DNA from: Perna viridis
Taxonomy: Eukaryota
Direction of reading: 5' to 3'
DNA: 64,000 nt
Assembly (NCBI GenBank): GCA_037379345.1
Contig: CM074512.1
Coordinates: forward strand, 34,348,001 to 34,412,000
In this document: positions 24,633 to 34,700 of the stretch, one piece after another
How positions within the stretch are numbered: the stretch's first letter is position 1
Layout of the letters: each line of letters begins with the position of its first letter
Made by a program: the position numbers and the translations under genes
The notes under the pieces: model-generated
Databases searched by the model: none
Seen by the model: only the letters and a program-made list of their open reading frames with translations
What the model was told of the DNA's origin: nothing

Positions 24633-26226
24633 CTGAAAAAAAATTATTTCATCTGCATTTTAGGGAATACGTTCGTATGATTCTTCAGGAAGGCTTCAGG
24701 TAGTAGTTTTGTTATGTTTTTCTCAAAGATAAACACATAACAATACTCACTTAAGATATATATTGCATTTTCGTGCTGTAACTAAGACATTTATCCATGC
24801 ACCATGCAAATCAAGCGATTTAATTTAGTGTTTCGTGACAGGGTCTATATAGTTTTTCAATATTCAAAACAATATTAAAAATGACATTTTTTTGCACGGT
24901 AAACGAAATTTTAACAAAAAATTAAGTATTTTCGGGGAAAGTTGTTGATAACATAACTATAAAACAAGGACTAGAGCTACATCCGTTCTACTGTATGGCA
25001 ATTCTGTCGTACTTTGAGCTCTTAGATTTCCATAACAACGCCAAGTTCATCAAACCTCTCGAAATGTGATACTTTCAGATTAAACAAATATCAAGCCTAG
25101 CAAAATGTTTTTGAAAAAAACTCAAAAAACATGTAATCATACTTACTCAATTTTGTCTCCTACGTCATTAAAAAAGTCACGTGCCCTATTGAAGAAATCC
25201 CATCTCTGAAATTGTACATTATTATTGTTATTCAGCTAAAATCTAAGCAGGCAGGTGTATGCTGTTGATTTTGAATACGTTTATTATTCACGTAAAAAAG
25301 TAATTTAATGATATAATGCCTGGGGTTCAAAGAAAAAAGATTAGCGAGTTCATCATTATTTGTGTATACGTAAAACAATATCCTGGATACAAACCGATTA
25401 TACTTCTTGCTATAAAGTTCGAAAATATAGGAAAAAGATCGATTATTGTTGGTGAAATAAAAGCAGATTTGCTATTGTTTACTCAAAATGCTTAGTTAAC
25501 ACGATTGTCCATTTTTAAGTACTTCATTGATATGTCAGTAGTAATAGGGACAGAAAACCTCATAACGGTAATCTTTTCGGATTTTTAACTTGGACCTTAG
25601 AACCACTGAGGGTCTGATTTCATTCTGACAGAAAGTGATCTGCTGGGCTAATACCAATCGGGGAAAAAATGCAATCGGAACTACTCAGCATTTCTCATTT
25701 ACACACAGAATGTTTTAGTGTTACGAAATGGTCGCGTAGTTCCGGTTGAACAAAATTAGTGTAAGGGAAATGACCGAGCAGTTCCGATTGTTCATTTACT
25801 GACAATTCGGTCCACAAACAAGTGGTTTCAAGTCTACCAAGACAAAGGACCACATCAAACGTATCTAATACGATAAGTGATATATATCTGTTGATAAGGC
25901 CTCCTTAGGCACCGACAACTTTCGTCCTTTGATTTGATGTCAGATACGAATTTTTTCTACGATGGCTTTTATTTTTTAGACTGCTGTAAAAGATACGAAA
26001 CTAAAAAACATCTTTGCTTTGTATTACCCTTGGTATTACAAGTTCACTTCACGTCAGACTGAAAGAAGGAGCTCAGTGCTTCTACGGTCAAAGGTTAAAC
26101 TCGCATTGATTACCATAATAAGGACTCGTCCTCTTTAAATACCTTTTGTCTGTGTGCAGGAAGACCAAGAACTAAATCCGAAGCCAAAACCAAGAGAACA
26201 ACACCAAATGCAAGAGTTAACTTCAT
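24416..26226 (-). CDS. Secreted prepropeptide, 119 aa, Cys-free amphipathic 11-mer repeat; uncharacterised
   Basis: Exons 26143-26226, 25147-25205, 24416-24632 with GT-AG junctions and matching phases: MKLTLAFGVVLLVLASDLVLG LPAHRQKR WDFFNRARDFFNDVGDKIENAADEVGNHLDNAASKVRGHLDNLGEHLNNLGDDISDKLSNARDRVSEFGGEALDGARERVSDTIDNIRGN*. AATAAA at 24327-24332 (-). Confidence 0.88.
25147..25205 (-). CDS. secreted peptide coding exon 2
   Basis: RWDFFNRARDFFNDVGDKI(E); TTCAG/GTAAGT. Confidence 0.87.
25589..25841. mobile_element. degenerate MITE in an intron of the peptide gene
   Basis: Imperfect TIRs cttggaccttagaaccact / agtggtttcaagtctaccaag; internal IR aatcggaactactc / gagcagttccgatt. Confidence 0.5.
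26143..26226 (-). CDS. secreted peptide coding exon 1 (signal peptide + pro)
   Basis: MKLTLAFGVVLLVLASDLVLGLPAHRQK; acceptor at 26241, donor GTATTT. Confidence 0.87.
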
Positions 26227-26285
26227 GTTCCGGACTTTTCCTGAAAATGTTAATTTAAATACAGATATTGGTTGGTTAAAAGCTT

Positions 26286-26810
26286 AGCCGCCCCGTGCAG
26301 GTCCGGATGACAAAAGAATAGGCCTGCAGCAGCGCTAAGCTTGTCATAAAAGGCGACTAAATAGTGCTCAGAAACCTAGCCGGGGGCTATGCGCTCTGCC
26401 CAGAGAGCAAATGGGTTGTGTGCCCCAGGTAGTGTAATGGGGTATCCCTGGCGTGTTACATGCTAGGGTTGTCAGGCTATAATACGGAAAACCTGACCGC
26501 AAACCATAGTGGTGCAACGTGTTGGGAAAGATGCCACGTTCCTCGTACGTTAAGGAACCCTTCTGTGGTATTCTCCCGGAGTAGGAACCATAGGGCTCCG
26601 CCACAAGAGGCTGAATTGCATTGCCGACCCTACCCACCTCTTCCTATTTCCAGTGGCAATCAAAATTTGTCGACCCCATATCCTTGTATCCCATCCTATT
26701 TTTCATTTCATCATCATTTCATGTTCATTTTATCATCCATTTCATGTTCATCGCCTGAATATAGCTGAAATATTGCTGCTCCGGCGTCAAACCCCAACAA
26801 TCAATCAATC
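26286..26810 (+). mobile_element. structured SINE-like retroposon with LINE-type 3' tail and (CAAT)n end
   Basis: GC-rich multi-hairpin body; tail atagctgaaatattgctgctccggcgtcaaaccccaacaatcaatcaatc; flanks taaaagctt / taaaaactt as a near-TSD. Confidence 0.75.
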
Positions 26811-27759
26811 ATAAAAACTTTAAACGAAACTATTTTGATTTATGTCCAGATCTTACTTGTTCGGAGTAGTCCAGGTGAACAAAGAAATATAAAAATAATG
26901 GTGTTCACACAATTTCAGGACAGTTGGATTAAGTTACTTAAGACTCTCAGAACCTTTTTACACTGCATTCAGGTGACAAAAGATGGAATTAAGTCGAGGA
27001 TAATTAGAAATTCCACTTTTTAACACCAATGTAATGATACTCAATTATTTTCCATAAAAATAACAAGTTTTTATATGATATATTCGGTATTGCTCTTTAA
27101 ACAGCGAGACCGGCTTAGCACATGATTTTAGTTCTTGAATGGTGAAAAATATTCCATTCCACGATCGTTTTGGAAAGAGATGATGTGGGAATACTGGTAC
27201 AATACTGAATTTAATATTGTGAAATATAAAGGTATATGAATTGACAAATGAAAATAAGTTTTCCCGTTTTGATAGCTAAATGTACTTTGTTGCTTTGTTA
27301 TAATGGAAAATATCAATAAAATTAGAATTAGTAATGATGAATTGAAGTACCTACACATGTGGTGCGATATTGTTATAAAGATTCAATGTTAATAACATAT
27401 GTTCGGAGGACCAAGGCTTCATCAATATCAAAACTAAGAAAACGACACTGGAATGTACACTAATGATATTAGTTGTTAGTAGAGTCTCGGTTATCCGTTT
27501 ATGTCTTTAGTGTCCGTATGTATTGTTTTAGTTATTTTTAGTTATTTCAGTGGTTCGTCTGTCTTGTCTCCAGGGTAATGAATATTATGCATGCTCCTCG
27601 TTCTAAATTATGGTATCCTTGTTATAACTTTCTAGTAAAAAAAATCACTACATAAATGACTATCAATTTTTAAGATTTCAGCGAGTAAAATATTTTTTTA
27701 AATACGCCTTTATATAAGAAAAAATAGCCACTAACAGCAAAAGTTTTAAAGTTACTTAC

Positions 27760-27828
27760 CACTTCTTAACTTGTCTGAACCGGTTTAAGTATAATTATTT
27801 GTAGAATGAAAAATTTTGATCTTATATA
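27760..27828 (-). promoter_or_regulatory. putative TATA box and short non-coding first exon of the secreted-peptide gene
   Basis: TATATAAG at 27821-27828 (-) and donor GTAAGT at 27754-27759 imply a ~35-nt exon splicing to the acceptor at 26241. Confidence 0.55.
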
Positions 27829-28189
27829 GTCACCTAACGTGATACACTATAGAAATGTTAGTATTTGCTTCCGTTCAAGCGACTTGAACTTTGCCATCCT
27901 CTGCGGATGAATGCAAAGAGTAAGTGGTAATTAGAGGCTCCCAAGATAATCCTGGTGGCCATCTGTCGGCTTATCTAAAGGATCATTAATTTGTGTCTAT
28001 TGAAATATACTTCCAGTTCGTCAGAGTGACCAAATTTTAAGCAAATAACTACAAAAACGTCATTTTCACATTACTCGAACAAGGCGTATTCCTTTTATTA
28101 CAATCTTATGGAGTTGTGTAGGTCCTATCAAAAGCATTATTTCATTCGTTGAAAGTTTCTTTCTATTTGTTATGGTTTGATTTTGTCCC

Positions 28190-28395
28190 ACCTTATTCCT
28201 GTTTGTTCCCTTTCTGTTGTTTTTTTCATTGTCAGTGACTAATAGGACAAGGAATCTTGACATAGTACAGCCCTGTTTCTCTCCTGTCGTAATCCAGAAG
28301 CATTCCGATTCTTCGCCCTCTACTAACACTGTGCATTTGAAAGTTTCGTACAGTGGTTTTACCATCCTGATTATAACTTGTCTGGGATGCCATAT
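28190..28395 (-). pseudogene. decayed non-LTR retrotransposon (RTE-like) reverse-transcriptase fragment
   Basis: YGIPDKL.IRMVKPLY..FKCTVLVEGEESECFWITTGEKQGCTMSRFLVLLVTD: the RT G(V)KQG motif region, with disablements. Confidence 0.75.
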
Positions 28396-28789
28396 ATATA
28401 TACCATTTTTATAACGCAGATAAAAATTGGAAAATAGACATTTTCAGCCTTATGACAACATGCGACTGTTACACTACTATAACCAGTAAAACAATTTCAT
28501 CCAAAAATATCAATGAGCAAGTCCCTATCTTAGCGCTTTTCAAGTTTAAGGATCCATTTTCCTATGGTTTTGCCGGCTCTTTAAGAATATGATAAAAATT
28601 AGAGTAATCCCTCTTGTATTAGGTAAACAGATATTTTAACGAGATACTATGAATTGGAGTTAGTTAAATGAAATGGCCCAGAAATTTTGTTTCTTCAGCG
28701 GTTGTCAATCAGTCTCCAATATTCTGCTACCATATAAATGTACTTGGGAACAAGACCGAGTTTCTTTGTATCCTACAGAAAATGACTGT

Positions 28790-30045
28790 TTAGATTTTTG
28801 GTCGGTGAAAAAACATGGCCACCGTTATTAAAAATAGAACATAGGGATCAGACGGTAGTTTTTTTGCATATATCTCCAAAACCGTTAGATTTAACCAAAT
28901 TCTGGCACAAGTAAAAGTCTTCACCATGATGAGATCTGTCTGTGATGTAATTTTGGTGGAAATCTGTTCACCCATGTTGGAGTTATTACCCTTTTTGGAC
29001 GTTTTCTTGTTGTTTTTGGTGTTATTACTTTCAAAAACCTTCTCTTCAGAATCTACTGTACACAATTTAATGTTGATATTACTGTTTTTAGGGTATCCTG
29101 CACAAAATGACCGTTTGAATTTTTGATTGAAGAAAACACATGGCCGCTTTTACTAAAGATAGAACAAAGGGATCGAAATACAGTTTTTTTATTTTTGCAA
29201 ATAACTCAAAAACCGTTGAATTTAGCCAAATTCTGTTGGAGAATAATATTGTTCACCATCAGTAGACGAACCTTTGTCAAAATTTTCAAAATGATTTGTG
29301 GCCTGTTGTAGGATTTATGGCCTGTGAAACATATTTTTTTGTCGTTTTAATGTTTAATTAAAACTCTCTGAAATCAAATGCAACAAATTATTTAATTACA
29401 GTTGGCATATTTTTTAAAGGTTTCTTCCACAACCTGCTCATTTAAAATGTTTCATCAGTCAAAAAAACATGACCGTCATTACTAAAAATAGAACATAGGG
29501 GTCAAAATGCTTTTTTAGCTCTTTTCTCATGAACTATAGAAGAATAATGAAAATGAAAGCTACCCATAAGATAAACATTGACAGGAAATATTGATTTTTT
29601 TAGGCGGCCATTTTAAAAATGGCTGCCATTTTACGACCATTGTCACCAGTTGCTCAGATTCCATCTCAGGAAGCTAGGTGTTTTAAGTTGAATGGAAAAC
29701 GACAAAAGATTGTTCTTTGCGGCCATTTTTCTGCTTAACATGGTCTCCTGATATGGTGATGATGAAAATTTTGGATAGCCGAGGTTTGACTTCAATTTAT
29801 GTTCTTTTTCAGCAAATCTATACAGGGTTAATGCCCCTCAGTCCTGGTGGAACAACAAGGCATACGAGGACAGTGCCCATTTTTTTCCCAGAGGTTCTGA
29901 AAACACTTTGAATGCACTTCACATATTCTCTTTTTCGGCATTTTATTTTTGTCAAACAGGGTAACAAAGCACGATACCTTTACTTACTTAGGTAATAGGA
30001 TATGGTTTGTCAGGTGAGCGATTCAAGCTCTTCGAGAGCCTCTTT
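28790..30045 (+). mobile_element. Helentron/HINE-like non-autonomous repeat remnant
   Basis: Three copies of aaaacatggcc....actaaaaatagaacataggg about 325 bp apart (28808, 29133, 29462). 3' end caggtgagcg plus hairpin gctct-tcg-agagc followed by a T run. Confidence 0.5.
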
Positions 30046-31584
30046 TTTAAATCTGATTTATTTTACTTTCTACTAATTTTGATAATTATAGTGTTAATTC
30101 ATGTTACAATGACACGGTTACTGATATTCCATAAGTACTACTGTTACAACTGAAGAGTTTGGAATTCCGTCCCTCCACAGTGGAGTTTTAGATAAAAGGG
30201 GGGGGGGCAAAAACATTCTTGACAAGATCACTGGTGCGGATCACGAAGTGAGTGTTTTTCATGATTTAACACACACAATTTTTCAACAATTTTTTTCCAA
30301 GCCCCCCCCCTCCCCGATCCTCGGTCGATTCACAACAAAAACGATAAAATTGATAGTCACTGCTTCTCTGTCAAGAAGGTGGTTTATAGGAGATGCAATG
30401 CGATGTTTTCTGCGTTCTTAAGATTTTTTTTTATCTTGCTCTGAAGCTTTTTCTCATTATTTCACATTTTAAATATCCAAAATTTTATTGGAAGCCGCCT
30501 AGATATAAGGACGTGTTATCTAGTTCTACCCAGCATGAAGATCTGTAAACGAATTATTTACCCTGGTGCACGTGGCGTGGTCTTCATAGATTTAATTAGG
30601 GTGCAGGCGGAGTAGGGAACGATTGAAATAATGTGACAGAAATAGATGTACATGTATATTCGAATTGAACGGTAGGACTAAGAAAAGATTTAATATACAA
30701 AAAATCTGTCATATCCGTCTTTAATTTCAGCAATTTCGAAGTTTTCTGTACCAGTGCACCCAGCCCACCCACCGTATTGTTCGTTGTAGGCGTCTTCATT
30801 TTTAGCTTTTTCTTTGTTTTATATGGTTTCTTTATTCTGCCGGTTTAATATTTGTATTTTAGTTTCTCTGTTTTATCCTTTAAATTTCATCAATCCTTAA
30901 GTTTTAATGCTTGTTTGTCAGACATGAAAGAGTATTCTCAAGAAGAACCAAATCAAAAATAATTAGCAGCTGTTCCTCATCATCCTTTTGAAAAACGCAA
31001 GATATCCATCAAATAAATGAAGCGATAAATTAAAACAGGGAAGAAAATCATAAAAAAAATAATGTAAAATAGGTCGCCAGTCACGCGTGTCAAATTAAAT
31101 GGTCTCTATCTTTTTGTGAGAAGGTATAAAAATGTAACAATGCATCAAAACGTTTGGTATTCACATTTATAGAGGCCAACTTACTGGTCGGAAAATAAAA
31201 CAGCTATATGCATGAAACAAACAATATCAACAAATATAAAAATAAACTTAGTAAAAATGAAAATTACTGTACAACCAAGTCTTAAAATATACAAAGATTT
31301 CATGCAAAAAAAAAAAACATTGACAAAATGAAAGTCCTTTCACAACCATTATCCACTACTGTCCGCATAACCGTTTCCCTCCCCGTTGCTTCAATGTCAC
31401 TTCCGGTAAATGTAGGTCGAGGCTGTGCAGAAAGAAGTCGTTCGTCTTCCGGCGTATCAGAGTTTAAGTAGCAAGTATTGCGAAATGTAAAAAAAAAAAC
31501 TTTGCTTTTGATTTGAAAAAAAAAGCATGTGACTTTTAACAAATAAAGCACAAATCAACTTAAATGTTTAAGAACTTCATATTC

Positions 31585-31727
31585 TCAACTGCATTTTCTC
31601 ACAACTTCTTCAAAGTCTGCGCATAATATTTCTTGCATTAATATTTTTGTAGTGCATCGCTTTTTGGATTTTTTCTCACATCTGTCATATGTTCTAAAAA
31701 GTCTCCTTTGAAATGTCTTTAATTTTT
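31585..31727 (-). CDS. chordin-like terminal exon
   Basis: KKLKTFQRRLFRTYDRCEKKSKKRCTTKILMQEILCADFEEVVRKCS*. Confidence 0.85.
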
Positions 31728-34700
31728 CTGAAAGAAGAAAGAGAATGTAAATTCGTCATAAGTCTACTTTTAAAAATGTTGTAAATTAAAATCTTTTTGG
31801 TATGTATGTGTCATTCACACGATACAGCAATACAGTACTAAGATAGTCAGATGAAATTTAATTATATTACAATATTGACTGGAAGATTAACATATGACAT
31901 AATTAATCTTTTGTAATATGTTTGCAATTCACTGTTGAATTTAAAATGTTCTGCAATGCGTACAATCATTTCGGAAACAGCAGCTATTATACATGCATTA
32001 AGTGTTCTTGGCTGTCTAGATTGTAGGATTTTGTCAAATTTCAACCATAAGAGACAGCTAATATTTCAATTATTAGCTTATCAACTTTACTGGAATTAGG
32101 ATCTTATTCAGTGCTGAAACCGCAAATTTGCTGGATTTATTGTGTGCCACATTTTGCCAAAATGACGAAATAACCTGGGCCTCACCTCTACTGTAAGTGT
32201 CTGCATCCGAACCCGCCATTGTTATAATTTGGGACTACTTACGAAATTCTTAAAATACTTACTCTTTCTAGCTGCTCCAAATATTATACTAGGATCCTCT
32301 ATTTGTTGTCTAAACCAGCTAGCTGGATATTTTAGCTTCTGTAAATTACTTATGCTGTGTTTGAATTCACTCTTTGTGCCTAAAACAGATGTCAGCACTA
32401 ACTTAAGGTCTGTCATGCTATATTTCTTGACATTATTTTTGACTAAGACTTCATTCTCATTATTTTAAATTTAAATTTATGAAATATTTGATAAGTTCTT
32501 TCAGTGCTTGAATTTAATTAATCCTCTTAGTTCCAAAGCATAACTTCTTCCATGGAAATTAATTTCTTTTATTTTTTGTTTGATTTTTTAATTGTGTCAA
32601 AGCACGATGAAGCTACAATAAAGCTTTGCCGTTGTTATACATTTCAGATAATTTCAGACTGTTCGAAAGTATCAATGCCGGTATTGCAAAGCAGAATTCA
32701 CACCACTCTCCTGAAGTTCAAAACTCTTGAGAATGTTATTTTTTCTCCCTGTTTTCAGGAGAAACAGGTTTGGAAATCCAGTTCATTTTTACCACTGCTA
32801 AATGATGATAATTAAAAAAAAACACTATAGATTGAGACTTACCTTCCGTGTGATTCAGGCTCCAGAGCCATACATCTAAATTCTCCGACTTCAAGTCATC
32901 AAAAGCAAAAAATGCGATGTTCAGATCTTCATCAAAATGTCTGTACACAAGATAGTTTGCTTTCTTTGGAAGACAAAAGTTCTTTAGCGCACATGTTTGT
33001 GTGATATTATGGTTCTTTGGGAACAATACCGGTAAATCCGGTTTTACTATAGAAATGTCTTTAGCGTCTGTTTTCAAACAGTAGCCTTTGTTGTTAACTC
33101 TGGGTCTCCGCTTTCTCTTATTTCCTATAAAAGAAAAGATGGTAAGCTAGATATAAATTAATAAATTTACAGTAAAATTTGTCTAGTCGCTGCTCATGTA
33201 ACTGCAGGCGTTGACGAACCTCTGTGATTCTGTTACTTACTCAGTTCATAATCTCCCAAAAAACATTTAACAGCGTTTAGTAGAACTGGAGTGTGTTTTC
33301 CTTATCGACCATATGCTGCCATACTTTGACACCTATCCACAAATTAGAACTTAGAGTACAGTTATTAACTCTATACTTCATGGTATAACCATAGACTTGA
33401 AGCGGATTAGCTGGACTGCTTGCTAAAAGGGAAAGGGTCAGTGTGCATACTGCTAAAACATTGATTTTTGAATTTAAATAAGAGTTAATATAATTTTATG
33501 CACCGCATGCCGCTACAAAAGTAATTGGGAAAGAGGCTGCCGTACATCCCTTCACTTTACTGTGTTTGTAATGTGGTAAGGAGCCTACTTATTACGAAAC
33601 ATAATAGCAGTGATTAGACGAAAAGCCTGAATAAAACCTTCATTTATCACGGCTCAACTGGCAATTTGTACCCCGACATGTATCCACGCGAGACCTAGAA
33701 CATAACAAATAAAGGGATATATATGATCCATATGCATTTAAATGTACTAAAATCCTTAAAGAATTTCATATATATGGCTTTTGCTATAGTTACTAATATT
33801 CACATTTCAAGGTTATCTACCGAACACATGAAATGGATTAAGACATATTGTATTTTGTTCTATGCACTTCTTATTTGCACTGATGCATAATATGAGAATT
33901 TTACAATCGCGCCGTTTTTTTTAAATTCAACAAGACATATTGGGCATTAGCATTAATCTTATGATTCACGTTTAAAAAATAATATATATAGATTACATGT
34001 TCATCCAGTGCAAGTTATGGTAAACATACAAAGATGGATTACGTCCCCTTGTTTGGCTTAGTCATACATGTATGTTCTCAGATCTGTCTTACTGCTCAAT
34101 TTCGTAAAAACATTTTACACGAACAAAGCAATGTTTCAATAAAAACAATTTGATGTTGTATATACCATGGTTTAAGAATGCAACTATTTGCGAGTACGTA
34201 TCAGTTTACCATGAACATAAGTGAAATACAAAGATGAATGCGTGTCTGTATAATTTAATATCTGCAAAGATTACATACGGAAACATTTTGATCAAATGAT
34301 CTAACAATCTAGTCCGTCTGTCCAGCGTTTATAACTAGGGGACAACCATTTGATTATGAAGGGGCTTGCACATTTTGTTGGGTTAGAATATTTATTTTTG
34401 AAATTTTGGGAATCAGAATATTTATTTATTTTCAACCACTTCGGGGGAAGATTATTTTTCCATTTTATTGTATGAAAATATCTGGACTGTGCTCAGAATA
34501 TTTATTTATTTTCTAGGAGGTGTAGGCCAGAAAACTGATTTTTCATTTTTTAGGGCCAGAATAACTATCTCCAAAATCTGTCAGGTTTCTGATAACCCTA
34601 AAATAGAATCGAACGGAGAGACGGCGTCGAAGAATGCTTTCATCGTCGACAAACAGAAGCAGAGCTGTACCAAAACATGTCAAGGATAGATTTGATCTTC

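Noticed and set aside
24420-24680. 86-aa Ser/Leu-rich ORF on +
   Set aside because: Antisense shadow of exon 3 of the secreted peptide gene.
26520-26620. TTCCTCGT as an HDV-ribozyme L3 loop
   Set aside because: The flanks pair as a simple nested hairpin (GTTCCT/AGGAAC); I could not build the P1/P2/P3 double pseudoknot.
26368-26768. ORFs on both strands inside the GC-rich insert
   Set aside because: No recognisable protein motifs; openness is explained by higher GC content.
31585-33322. First read as a separate multi-exon pseudogene (MAAYGR*GKHT... spliced to the 32736-33077 ORF)
   Set aside because: The open segments are the last three chordin-like exons, in phase with the 34887 donor. The upstream piece has an in-frame stop and the stop-rich parts are introns.
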